Below, one piece after another: positions 38,081 to 51,312 of a stretch of 64,000 nt of DNA. Positions within the stretch are counted from its first letter, which is position 1. Each line of letters starts with the position of its first letter. The translations under genes and the position numbers were made by a program. Origin of the DNA: Ginglymostoma cirratum (taxonomy: Eukaryota); the NCBI GenBank assembly GCA_024137785.1, contig JAHRHZ010000093.1, positions 3,786,087 through 3,850,086 of the forward strand, given 5' to 3'. The notes below the pieces were generated by a model. That model did not search any database and was not told the origin of the DNA. It worked only from the letters and a program-made list of their open reading frames with translations.

Positions 38081-39692
38081 GAGCACCATTACAAAAAGCA
38101 CTGCTTTTGCAATACAATATGCTTTACACAGTCCTGTTAAATGAGTGCCCCCTTATAATTGCACAAGTAACTGTCAGCTACACTCTTTCGGAAGGATATT
38201 CTATACATCAATAATTGTGTAACATCACTGACACATTAATAGTACTGTTCTTTCTTCCCTCTGAAAATGAAGATTTCTCTCTCCAAGCAGGAATGCTTTA
38301 TCATTGTCTTCATAAACCCATTTTGTGGTGATTCATCGCAGCTATCACACAGTTATCATAGTTGCAATTATTAGGATAGCGAACAAAACAGATGGTGCAA
38401 TTGTCAGGGCTTTATTCAATGAGATATATTGGCTGAACGTATATATAATGTTAAGACATCCCCAATATTAATAGTAACAAATAATTCAAAGCAAATTTAT
38501 AACCCTCAGTTGCATTTGGCCATCTCTCATTGCCTGGCAGAAGTGATAGAGAATTGAATGGCACCTTCCCTTGTTTACCAGCCAATGTTTGTGGAGGTGG
38601 CACATTGTCAGTGATTTCCCCTACTGAATGCTACAATAACTCCTTGTGAAGCCAGCAGGTCAGGAGCTAGTGACTGGAGTGGTCACTGTGGCCTCTTCAT
38701 GATGCATCAACCAACAAGGTTTCAGTCCATGTTTGTCAGGAAATCTGAAAACTTCAACCAATTCTGCAACATTCCAGTACCTGATATTAATGTGAACACT
38801 GACAGACTGAGAACATCTTCACAATGACTTAGATATGCCAACCAGATGTGGCTCGAGCCTGTACCTCAGGTTCACATCAAAGGCGCAGAGGAAACCATTA
38901 CCATCAACAATCTGAATATGTAGTTTCTTACTTTGTTTCATTTCTATTCTCCTCCTGAGTGTGTTAGTTCACAGTAAGAGTAAAAGAATCCACATACACC
39001 CTCTGGAGCTCATACAACTGATTTGCATGGGGCTAAATAGTAAAGGTCTACAAGAAATCCGACCATAAAGAAGGTTTTATCCAAATCCAGCTTCAGCCTA
39101 GGTTCATATAAAGATTGTGATCAGGTGTGATCAGATCGATTTTTACCATTCCTTTTCAAGGGACACAAAGTTTAACATTGCAGGATAATCTCCTGAAACC
39201 TGTCACAAGCTGAGGTCAATAAATTCAACACGGTCAATTCCTGACCTTTCTGATCTGAACGATTCATTTCTACGATGGACCCAGACACTGAACCTTCACA
39301 GTAGTCTGATACAATAAATCTCAAATGTCGGGGTAGGATTTGGACCCCTAGTGGTGTCACTAGTTGGTATTTTGGGGGTCCCAAACTCTGAGGCAGCCAT
39401 GGCTGCAGCAGAATTCTAGCCAGGTTACAACAACTGTGCTCCTGCTCAGAAAGATCCCTCTTCTCATAGACCTCCCAACCCCATCTCCATCCCAACTCTC
39501 ACTGTCCTTGGTGATGGGGCGCAACAATTTTCAAGACACAATATGGGGTCACACTGGCATAATTTTGGGGTCGGGCTGCTTTTGTAGCTTTCAGAATATG
39601 CCCGCGAAATAAGAGCCTTGGTCAACTTTCCCAGTCATACAGTGAGAACCTTCCACCTATCACCATGTCCATTATTAATCAAAGATAAAAGA

Positions 39693-39900
39693 AAAGTCTT
39701 GCATTTATGTAGCATCTGTCATAAACTCAGGATATCTTCATGTTCTTTACATTCAGCAAGTTCCCATTAGTATGTAATTAGATAAATGACCAGGTAGTTA
39801 ATGCAAGTGATGTGGGCCGAAAGATAAAAATTGAGCAGGTCACCAGAAAAACCTTCCCTCCTCTACAAATACCAGGATGGGATTGTCTACATCTATCCAA
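39693..39900 (-). mobile_element. DeuSINE-like remnant
   Basis: Tail cttgcatttatgtagcatctgtcataaactcagga; ggatgggattgtctacatcta. Confidence 0.55.
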
Positions 39901-40959
39901 TAGAATAGTGCTGCCAAGTCCGATTGGATCTATTCCCTGAGGGATCCATCACATGATCTCCAATCGTCTCATTCATTGGAAATATTCTTGGAGGGTTAGA
40001 TCACATGGTCCGCTATCTCTCCAACCCCAATCAATCTTGTGTTTTCACAAACTCTGCTGTTTTCCTAACAAATTAACAAAACTACCTGTACAAAATGTTA
40101 AAGCATTTTTATTTTACTGGCCCTGCGATTTTTCTCCAGGTGTTGCTCCCACCAGTTTCCCTGAGATTAATTTTGAGCTGCAAAAGACTGTCCACTACAA
40201 TTCAGGAGTATTTGTAAAGGTATTGAGACTTTTAGTTCAACTTCGCATCAAAAATACAGCACCCACTAACAGTGAGGCATTCCCTCAATAATGCACTCAG
40301 AGTAGATTATACACTCAGGTTGCTGGAATGAGGTCTGAAATCTCAACACTCAGCCCAGGTTGACGTGTTCATTGTTAACATTGAGTTTCTTACTCACAAT
40401 AACAAGGAAGATACTGACCCATTTAAAATGAACAAGTCACTGCCTCCTTTAAAGGAACAAAAATACAACAGAATAAACTGGTATTTAAACATTTGGGTAT
40501 TAGCCTTTTGGTCATGGCAAATGAAGGGACTAAAACACGTTTACAGCAATTTGCTACAAATTCATTATCTGTAAGGATAATGTTCTTCTATGGGCCACAG
40601 TCTTCTTCCCATTACCACTGAAGCAAGTGACTCTTGCTGATCGTTGATTATTGTAACTGAGTAGGTGGCTCTTACAGTGTGACTGAAGAACAACCAGGCT
40701 ATTCGGTAATGTGGGGGAGGCAGAGTGTCACAGCTGAACCAAGTGTTTCCTGCATACAATGTCCACTTGGGTATATTGCCCATCCTTACTGACCATTTAC
40801 TTCCCCAGTCGAAAACAATGTCAAACACAGCACTGTTAGTGGATATCCTGGCCGAGAGCAACCACTATAACAAAGACAAAGGTTCAAATCCAGGGCCTTC
40901 TGTTCTGAGTTGTCCATTGCCACATCAGGGACAGCTGTTATGAAATGAACAGAGTATGA

Positions 40960-41316
40960 TTTTTCTTTTATTCATTCATAGAATGAGGGCATTGCTGGCT
41001 AGTCCAACATCTATTTCCCATCCCTAATTGCCCAGAGGGCAGGTAAGAGTCATCCGCATTGCTTTGGGTCTGGACTCACATGTAATCCAGACCAGGCATG
41101 AATTTGGCAGTTTCCTTCCCGAGTAAACTAAATGGGTTTTTCTGACAATCAGCAAAGGATTCATGGTCATTGTTAAACTGTTAACTCCACATTTTTTTTT
41201 GTGGAATTCAAATTCCACTATCTGCCGTGGACGGATTTGAACCCGGATCCTCAGAATATTACTTGGGTCTCTGGATGAACAGTCCAGCAATAATACAACC
41301 AAGCTTTCACCTCCCT
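40960..41316 (-). mobile_element. tRNA-derived SINE family B
   Basis: Reverse homolog of 52-387 and 61811-62175. Confidence 0.85.
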
Positions 41317-41477
41317 CTTTAAAATTTGTTAGAAGCACAATTCTATTTAAATGCCAAAGCAAACCCTCTAGATGATGTAAACCTGAAATCAAAACAGAAG
41401 ATGGTGGAAATACTTATCAGGCAGCTAGGACACAATTGTAAAGGGGGATCCCACTATAAATAAATACATCCTAAGAA

Positions 41478-41905
41478 TAAGGGGCATGTCATTGAGGACT
41501 GCAGTGAGGAATGTCTTTACTCAGATGGTGGTGAATCTTTGGAATTCTCTACATCAAAGGGCAGTGGAGACTTAGTTATTTAGTAAGAGATAGTAGGAAC
41601 TGCTGATGCTGGAGTCTGAAGTAACAAAGTGTGGGGCTGGATGAACACAGCCAGCCAGACAGCATCAGAGGAACAGGAAAGTTGAAGAAGGGTCCAGACC
41701 CGAAACGTCAGCTTTCCTGCTCTTCTGATGCTGCCTGGCCTGCTGTGTTCATCCAATCCCACACCTAGTTATTTAGTAAGTTTGGCAGGGATTGATAGAT
41801 TTCTAGTTACTAATGACATCAAGGGATATGAAGATAGCAGTGAAGTAAATGATCTAGAATGGAAGAGCAGGCTCATGGGGCTGAATGGCATACTTTAGGT
41901 TCCTA
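41478..41905 (+). mobile_element. CR1 3' end interrupted by a PLE-derived insert
   Basis: gaggaatgtctttactcagatggtggtgaatctttggaattctct...gattgatagatttct...ggggctgaatggc. Confidence 0.8.
41588..41765. mobile_element. Head-to-head inverted PLE terminal-repeat insertion (family 1) with perfect 15-bp TSD
   Basis: tagttatttagtaag at 41573-41587 and 41766-41780; arms are reverse complements; core ttgaagaagggtccagacccgaaacgtc at 41682-41709. Confidence 0.9.
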
Positions 41906-43739
41906 TAGGGTGGCCAAGCTGGATTCACACCCTCCCCACTCACACAGATCTTTCACCAGGAACCCACCTGTCCGACAACTATGAGGGTTTGCAGGCAGAG
42001 TGGGGTTTTCCAGTCAGCTGATGTAATTGGCCAATAAAGACAAAATACGTCACTCAATTGACCACATGCCTTTTGTGGGCAGATAGCATTTCCACTTCTG
42101 GGCAAATGGGGCAAGATGGTGTCAGCAAAATGACATGCTTCCAACATGAATCTTTATACATTCCAATCTTTGTACTCACCCACATACCGGGGCAAAAAAT
42201 ATTCACCACTAGCACTGTTTCTCACCAAGAATTCTGCCAGACCTGATGAGCTTTTCTAGCATTTCCAGCTTTTACTTATTGAATACATTTTATGTTTCGA
42301 CATGAAAAAGCAATATATCAATTTAATTCATGTAAACTTTCTTTTCAAAGAAACAGAAAACCAAGGGGCTTTTAATTGTTAGTTAATCCATTAAGGTGAA
42401 CAAATCAGTCCCTTGTCACTATTTTGAATTAAATAATTGCTCTTCAAATTGCACTGTTCCAAGTATGAAATGAATCTGAATGTGAAGGGATTGCACAAGA
42501 AAAAAGAAATTATTTCAGCAAAGCTGTTCAAGAATTCACCTGACTGGCCATTAATAATGCATCTGAACCAAAGGAGCAGGCTTTGAGAAGCACTAAACTG
42601 AACCCAATTAAAGCCTACTTCGTTACGAAGGCTCAAGATGTAAAGGCAAGTCTAGCTTAAATTTTTTTCCCTGTTGCAGTCTGTCTTAATGTAATATTAA
42701 TGAGGCTGGATGGAGGGGCCATAAGAACTGATAGGTTTGCGATTGTAAATTATAAATCGCTATTGATTTTTCCTGGCACTAACACAGTTGGCTTATTGTA
42801 AGCTACTACAGGCACAGTGCACTTTATCAGATTAGGCTGGAGCCTGGTATCAAATATACATGAGAAGGATGCATTCCTGACACAGTTGATTCTGAAAAAC
42901 AACAATACACAGATGCATGCTTGTGCACACACATACACACACATAGCTCCTTCACACAACTGACACACAACCACACACACTCATTTACTCACATGCACGC
43001 ATGCACATACAAAACAAATTGCAAGAAAACACACAATCAACAGATTTAACAAAATTTTGCTTGGAAAGAAATCAAAAGATGAACTGCAATAAAATGTTTA
43101 GTTCTTGGTGATTATAAAATAGCTATGTTTCCTTTCCTTTCACTCCTTTTCAAAAATATCACAGATACTTTGAGCAAAATGAACAGTGTATTCTAGAAAT
43201 TAGATTAATTCAAATATCATTACTTTCTCTCTGTGTTTCCCTCTTCATTCTGGGGTATGGCTCTGGAGGAGACACCTCATCCTTTCTCTGTGAAAATAGC
43301 AGTGACACACAGCAGCCTGCAAAGCTGTGGATTACATTGTGGCTGGTCCCCACCTCATCCAAGACAGGCACATCATCACTTTTCAGCACCAAAAATGTAT
43401 AGGTCATTCACCCAGACTGGCTCATACTTCAATTTAAACCATGTCCTGATATTAAAGTACTCAACTGATTCCTGAAGGATCCAGAGTGATTGCCTTCACT
43501 ATTCCACCGAGATGACATTCCATGTACTAACCATAAAGTACAGCCACCGTGTTGCAATGATTGCATTTCCTCTCCCCAGCCAGTGGACAATGGGGATTAT
43601 TGTGGCACCCTCAACCATGCATCTGCCTAATACCAAGCTGACTCACATCAATAGTCTGAACTTTGACAGTGTTCATTACATATATCCATACACCACCAGG
43701 CAAGTGAATGGCAAATGAAGCAGCAGGCAGAGAAGAAAA

Positions 43740-44200
43740 GACAAAGACTCAAGGGACAACCAAGGCAATGCCAAAGAGGAACTTCTTAAAAAGGTTTTGG
43801 AAACCACAGAGGGGGACAGCCAAGGAAAAAGGGGCTAGGAAGTGGTAGTGCAGCAGATGGCACAAGGGGCATGACGTTGGCCTATGCTGGAGAAGGACAC
43901 TTTGCATGGACGGACAGAGATCATGCAGGTCAGAGGGGATATAAAGGTAAGGACGAGAATATTAAGGTCAATTCTCTGGCACTCAGGACTTCAAAGGAAC
44001 TCAGTGAAGACTAGGTAAACAGGGATGAGAGCATGAGCAAGGACATGGCCCAAAATATTCTGGATGATTTGACATTTATGCGCAGGAGAAGCAGTGAGAC
44101 CAGAACGGGATCAGTTGAAAAGAGGTAACCACAAGGTGCATGATCGTTTCAGTCGTGAAAGAAGTGAATTGTGGGGCACAGCCAAGCAATGTTCTGAATT
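43740..44200 (-). mobile_element. Old L2 LINE remnant
   Basis: Purine-rich reverse L2-like signature (gagaatattaaggtcaatt; ggatgatttgacatttatg; gaggtaaccacaaggtgcatgatcgtttcag). Confidence 0.45.
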
Positions 44201-47200
44201 AAAAACCAGGAATACCGATAACAATATATTCAAGTTAGGAATGTGGAGATATGATTATTATAATCATACACAGGGCGGTACATTATCTTACTGCGCTATA
44301 TAATAATTGAAAATGGTCATAAAGTATGACATTTGTGGGACCATCTATAGTTACCATTCAGTGAATGCAAATTTCCAGTCCTGAGATGGAAGATGGTGGA
44401 ATATTCTTTGTTGCACTGTTCTTTCAACAATTAATCAATAAAAACATTTACATGACTTTTTGTAAAGTGGGAACTTATTTTGGGATAATGATTAGCTAAG
44501 GACAGAGTTGTTGATTTTGCATACATTTTGAGTAATCATTTTCCCATTCTGACAGAACCATGTGCACTAAGAAACATATATCAAATCAAGACTTTTTCAA
44601 AGTGTTGCATTTTGTAAATTGAAAATTGTGACCCTTTTTTTACATTAGCCTTCCTCCGCTGAAGGTTCAATTTGATGTTACAATACTAACTCAACACACC
44701 TGAGCACCACATCCAAATGTCCAATTTATACACACGAGCCAATTTGGTGGGTGTTGGCAGGCTGATCAACTGCAGTATGGATCACACATAAGTCCAATCC
44801 TTCCTCATCCATATGAATTTTCCAGCAGAAGCCACTTGGCAGATTGGGCTAAGGATACAGACTGAGTTACTGTTGCTTCCATCTTGTCTTAGTTCTCTAG
44901 TCGAAGAGCTCATCTTATATAACATCTTGACTGCCCCACAATCCATTCCAACAAAGTCTGGGGTTGGGGAAGGCAAATGGGTCAGGGTTAGTGCTTTTGC
45001 TCAGGACACATTAAGTTGTCAGGCAATCCCAATTAGCACTTTATCACTACCAATGCCACTATAATTGGAGGTAGTGATGGTAACCTATTGTTCCCAAGCA
45101 GTTTCCTCTTCAATAAATTGCATGCATGAATGCTATGGCTGTAGCTGAGTAAGTAGGGTTTGCTGTCAAAACCTTTATTATAAATTAATTTTCAGGATAA
45201 CTTTTAAAATATCCCAGCCTGCATTCTAACAGCATATAATGGGGATTTACTAATGTTTCCTGTGATAATCTCTGCAAACTGCACCATTCCTTCAGTCTTT
45301 ACAGCTTTCAGAGAGACTTTGCCAACTGGGGCGCAATCGCTAATTCTGACACTCATTGAACTTCAATTGTGCCTGAAGATTTGAACCAAGGTGATGCCAA
45401 ATGGCGTTTGCAGGAGACACAGACACAATCTTGATCCCCTGAGAGATTTAGATTCACTAGCCATTTCAAAAGTAAGTCAGGTCAACTGAAGCAAATGAGT
45501 TCAAATTAGGGACAGATGATAAGCTTGTAAAATATAGACTGGGCTACCACATATCGATATTTAGTTACTTCATTTTGTTATGGTTGCTGGTGACAATTCC
45601 ATTTTGCTCCGTGATGGGTCTGGATTGGACCACTTAGGCCTTAGTGGACTCCAAAATTTTTTTCATAGTCCCTTTGAGTTCAAAGTTGTTGTGGTTCCCA
45701 GTACTTCTGGTATTGATTAATTAACATAGGAATATAGGAATTCAAGAAAGAGCAAGCCATTTGTTCAACATTTGTTCAGAAAATAAAATCATCATCCTAG
45801 GAATTAATTGAGTAAACTTTAAATTAGTTTTAACTCATTCATACATTGATATGACTATTTGTTACCGCACCATTGACAGCAATTTCCAGCCTCTACACAG
45901 ACTCAGTAATAGAATAGCTTACCGCATTGGTCAATGTACAGTGCTACAAAGTGCTAAGGCATAAATTAGGCTTTGCTTTCAAAAAGCAAGTACAAAGATA
46001 GGCATACAGAAGATTGACAACACAAGGCAATTCAGTAATGCTCTTGCATCAGATGATCAGGTGAGCAGTGACAACTCTTCAGGCACCTGTTAGAAAGTTC
46101 ACTCCCTTTTTTAACTGTGGGAACAGGACACGGGGTGAACATTACACAGCAGAGGGAGTGAGGAAACCTTTGAAGAGCAAGAGTGCTCGATAGCAGAAAT
46201 CTTTCCTCTGGAAATGGTAAAATATCAAAACAGCACAGCTATGTACAGGCCTGATTTACAGCTTTCACAAGTGTCAATCAATCACTATTAATTCACTCAA
46301 TTACTACCAGTTGAGTTATAAAAGAGAGATACTTCAAATCAAGTGGCTTTATTCCAACCAGCAATCCTTTGTGTAGCTGCCTGCCTTTGGAAAGTGAACC
46401 AGCATGCATGTTTAGTAGCATTCCTCATCGCATGCTAATGACTATTGGCACTCCTTATGTAAACATTTTAACACTTCACAGTCTCTCCTAGCTTGTCGCG
46501 ACGTGTTGCCACCAGGCCAGTCACATTCTTTTGTGAAGTGCCACTCAAGACTGGGAACTGGCATTGGGGGCTTTCCACCTTATAAAAGAACAACTTGAGT
46601 GTCTCAGCTGGCATGAAAGGCAGATGTAATGCGCCAAAACCTGGCAAATTCCACCCGCTGCCATTTGTTTATTGGCAGATCATTAACAAACAAAATAATT
46701 ATCAGAAAAATCCCTGGCTTCAGTTCATTTGCACTGGTGTAACGTGTCTTTGGAAGATTGAGGAGTTGCAAAGAGAAGCAGCCAAACAACAACAAACACA
46801 CCAGACTGTGATGTAAAAATCCCACTCTCTATAAACATCAAAGTGCTGAAGAATAACATCATTAAGTGCTTAGATCCCAGTCAGATGAGACATTTCGCTC
46901 CACAGGGGCCTCCCTCAATTAAAACCTGCTGGATTTCTTTGACTTGTAGCAATTGTTGTTTTTAAAGAGTCACAGTATCAGATTTTTTTGGGGGGAATAA
47001 TTTTATTCTTTATTCTCTCCTGTTCTCTTAAATGTTTTGACTGCTTGGTAGTCAATTCAGCAAGCATCCTCCAAGACTAAATGAGCATCTTCCTTATGTT
47101 CATGGGCCCAGACAAGCTATTGATTGCCATTGTTACCTCGGACCAGAGAAACATTGGAATTATGGACAGATTGACCCAGAATATAGCTCTAAGGTACTGA

Positions 47201-49637
47201 GATCAATCCTAGCATCCCTTTCTCTGGGTTCATTGAGATTTGGCACAAAATTGGTCTTTTTGACTCTCAGTGCCTTACTCAGGAGAGGAACTTTTTTTTC
47301 TGACAATTCCCCTGTAATACAAGCTCTCGTACCAGATTGTTTTCTGGATTAGAATGCAATGCACATTGGCATCAGGAGACACCAAATAGTGTATCTTTGG
47401 ATAGAATGCTCCACTTCCCCCACTGACCCATTGTCCTGCGATCCACAAGAATCTCTCTTGAATCCTATATGCAATCCTAAGTATGTGAGGCACTTTTGTT
47501 GCATCCACTCAATCTTACAGGAAAATCTGGCTCTGCCGGACCCCACAAGACAACCTGTACTTAGAAATGGGTTTTCAAAGCTGCTGTATTAACATATTTA
47601 TGAATAAGACTTAGACACATTAAACAATTCTTGGGATATCTTGCTCCAGTTCCAGCCTCTGCTACAATATATCAGAATAACATCACCCTCCTTTAACACA
47701 GCAACAATACGGCAAATGCTCTCAAAAAGACATCCCTCACAATAGCATTCTTTGATACTTCCATGGTCTTATACATGTTTTTTTTCCCTTTAGGGCAACT
47801 GTATCGATGCTGTCTTTATAATGAGATTTTGTAAATAAAATTTAAGATTCAGGACAATTTTGAATAAATTTACTCTCTCTATAATTTCAGAATACAAAGG
47901 AAAATGACACCACTTAGCTTCTGAAGGTAGTGAGAGTCAGAGACAGGGCTACTGGATTGCAGCACCAATCCTTCAATATTGTGCGTTCCAATTCTCAGGG
48001 GAGGTGTAGAATCATTTAGTTTATCTACTGTCTGATGGATAAATACATATCAGTCACTGGGGGCTATGATCAAATTCATCATTAAGGTGTACTGCACAAA
48101 CTGCTAGGTTCCAGGAGCGTGGTTCTATACCAACTTCCCAGTACCATTCTCCCCACTTAATTCTGTTCCACTCTAAATTCTTTCAGACCAATACAGCAGA
48201 TGGAAAAATACGGAGACCCATTCCCTGAATATATGCGCGGCTTAATTATGGAATATCTTTTTGGCACTAAAACATTACCATTATCAGACACTATACCACT
48301 TTTGTGTACTTAGCTGAGCTAACTCACTGGACCCTCAACAAATAGATTGCAATTCATAAATGGGAGAACTGCCTTCTTCTGCTGATTGCATCCCACTCAC
48401 ATAAAATGTCCTTCAAAACTTACTGGCCAACATCTTAAGAAGCTCCATAAGACCAAAGTAAAAAGCCAATGGGCTTTTTTTTGGAGGAGAGACTTTATCC
48501 AAGATTAATGTTTCACTCAGCAACCAAATAAAACAGGATGATTTGTACAGTGTAGGCATTAATAAAATATACAGTAAAATTCCATTGACGCCTCTATTTT
48601 CCACATATTAGGCTCATGTATTAAAATGCTTTGCAGACTACTGCATTTAAGCAGATTTCCACAGTTACAATTTACTACTGAATCACTTTCCACCTAATAA
48701 ACCAACTATACTCAAAGAAATAAACTTCAATTAAAACCACTCATTATATTTTCTTGCCTGACAAGATTAATGGCCAGAGTTTTATATAACTGTTGATACA
48801 TTTATTGGAACTATTTTTCTAAGCTTAAAGACTGTCCGGATTCCACCTCAAGGCAGTCAGATCTGTTTCCATTATCAGTTGAGGGTTCTCCAGAGTGCTA
48901 TTGATTGGGCAGTGATGGGACACTTTGAGGACAAAGCAAAACTAATTAAGCAGTGAGCACAAAGAATTGTACCTTCAATACTGTTTGAAGCTGCATTTAA
49001 TTACTGCGTGGATAAAACAACACAGACTCCAGCATGCACTCGTTATGGTATAAATGTACTACTCTGTAATATTGACTGGAAACCTGCTGTTTGATCTAAC
49101 ACTGGGGACTGCTGCCCCAGAGGTGTCTGAAATAAAGCAATGAAGTAGGCAAAAGATGAGTGATGTTTGTGTGTGTATATGCACATCAGAAATTCAACAA
49201 AACATATTAAACACAGCTATAGAGTGCTGAGTGACAGGAAGTGGGCCACCTCCACCAAACACCAATTCTGTATCTCAGCAACTTCAGATTTATTTCTCCT
49301 TTCTCTGAAGGAGGCACTGTTCAGTTTGGGGTTTCAGAGGAGAAGACTGGACCTCAACCAAAGTAGCAATTCTTCATAGCATGAGACACAACAAAGGGTC
49401 GAGGAAGTACTGTGACAGATCGGGGCAATAACCTCACTCCACCTAATTGCATGACAACCAAGATACTGGACCCTCACTCCACATACCCAGTGATTGAAGG
49501 GAATTGCAAGGAAAACATTGTTAAAACATGTGCATTTGTATCCTAGCAAAAGCAGCTAGTTCATGAAATATAGATGACACTTCCTTTCCCTTTATAGCAA
49601 AGCAGAATTCAACTCTGTCACATGATCAAATGACTAA

Positions 49638-50022
49638 GTGGTATCTGTGATTCAGTGAGAGATGTATGTAATTGAGTGAGAGATATCAATTTTTCAGCGC
49701 GCTATTCTGTGATTCCATGTGGGATTTCTATGTCTCAGTGTTGAATATCTTCGCATCAGTGTAAGATATCTGTGATTTGGTGTGGGATATCTATGATTTG
49801 CTGTGGGATATCTGTGATTCAGTATGGGATATCAGTGATTCAGTGTAGGATATTAATAACTCAGCATAGGATACCTGTAAGTCAGTGTGGGAGATCTGAG
49901 TTACAGTGTGGGATATCAGTGACTCAGTGTAGGATATTAATAATTCAGCCTGGGAAATCTGTAAGTCAGTGTGGGAGATCTGAGTTACAGTGTGGTTATA
50001 TGTGATTCAGTGTTGGATATCA
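49638..50022. repeat. 21-bp minisatellite, about 18 units, consensus gtgggatatctgtgattcagt
   Basis: Units recur at 49784, 49805, 49826, 49847; an 84-bp four-unit block is duplicated. Confidence 0.95.
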
Positions 50023-50669
50023 GTTTCAAAGGCTATGCTTAAATATCACTACTGTCGTTGGGATTTTTAAGTTAAGAGGATGTCCATTTTTAAGTAAGTA
50101 ACTGTATTTGAATTGTCAGCAGTTTCTTATATCCTACTAATATGATTTACACACTGCAAAAAAAAAGCAAGTACCAGCTTTCTTTAGTAACAGCAGGTAA
50201 TAACATCAAGCTGGTGTTAATGTTGTAAACCAGCCTTGTAAGCAAACTGCAACTTCATGAGGTTGCGAATGAGAAGTGACAGGCAGCAATCAAAAGTGCT
50301 TTTACTCTCCAGGAGTACAGCCAGCTGCGGACCTTGTGCATCTCCACCAGAATGTGAGTGTAAGCTTCTGCTGTTCAATTTGTGTAAGGGAGCAAATCTA
50401 AGAGGTATCTTTCATCATTTCCAAGAGAAGACCTGCTCCCCAATCCAGGCTGAAGAACAGGGAAACAGCACAATGAGATCCCTCACTCTTCCAAGCCTGA
50501 AAGTATTAACTGGCAACTATAAACCCCTTAGATATATAGAAGGCCTGTGGCATGATCCATACCAAGAAGCATTGTTGAGGCTAATACTCAGCAAATGGTC
50601 AATAACTAACTAAATAACTAACTAATGTGACAATTAGAAATTTTGGGAGAAACATCTTTATCGAGAGAG

Positions 50670-50766
50670 CATAAGGACAGACGAAGGATCCTGACCTGAA
50701 ACATCAGCTTTCCTGCTCCTCTGATGCTGCCTGGCCTGCTGTGTTCCTCCAGCTCCACACTGTGTT
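50670..50766 (+). mobile_element. PLE terminal-repeat insertion (family 1) with perfect 16-bp TSD, inside an old CR1 remnant
   Basis: atctttatcgagagag at 50654-50669 and 50767-50782; hammerhead core decayed (cagacga...gaaacatc). Confidence 0.88.
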
Positions 50767-50949
50767 ATCTTTATCGAGAGAGTGGTGGTAATGAGGAACT
50801 TGCCACTGTGTGGAGTGATGGACATAAATGGTATAGATGCAGCTAAAGGAATTCAGTAGTGATAGAAACATAGAAGAATATGTTCAAAGAGGGAGATGAA
50901 ATAGAGTGGGGGGAAGCTTGATGAGGACCATAGACACAAGAATCACCAA

Positions 50950-51312
50950 TATAGAAGTTTATAAAATCATGAGAGGCATAGATAAGTTGAACAGCAAAGG
51001 TCTTTTCATAGGGTTGGGGATTTCAAAACTAGAGAGCATAATTTTACGATGAGAACAGAAAGATTTACAAGGGACCTGAGGGCTAACCTTCTCATACAGA
51101 GGGTGGTTTGTATGTGGAATGAACTGTCAGAGGAAGTGGTAGATGCCGGTACCGTTACAACACTTAAAAGACATTTGGACAGGCACACGAATAGGAAAGG
51201 TTTCGAGGGATATGGGCCAAATATAGGCAAATGGGATTAAAGTAGCTTGGGAAAATGAGTCAACATGGACAAGTTGAACCAAAGGGTCTGTTCCTGCGCT
51301 GTATGACTCTGT
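50950..51312 (+). mobile_element. CR1 3' end
   Basis: ORF 51049-51240 QRVVCMWNELSEEVVDAGTVTTLKRHLD...GYGPNIGKWD; tail ctgtatgactctgtgact. Confidence 0.9.

Noticed and set aside
45630-45654. Short palindrome ttggaccacttaggccttagtggactccaa
   Set aside because: Short and imperfect; plausible by chance or as a MITE remnant.
48160-48313. Acceptor-like ttctttcag followed by ...MEKYGDPFPEYMRGLIMEYLFG...
   Set aside because: Short, no donor before the stop and no family recognised.
49772-50005. ORF with heptad CGISVIQ repeats
   Set aside because: By-product of the 21-bp minisatellite; flanking units contain stops and there is no exon context.
50257-50613. 118-aa ORF (likewise 33180-33545 and 31288-31656)
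   Set aside because: No recognisable domain; lengths expected by chance in 64 kb.
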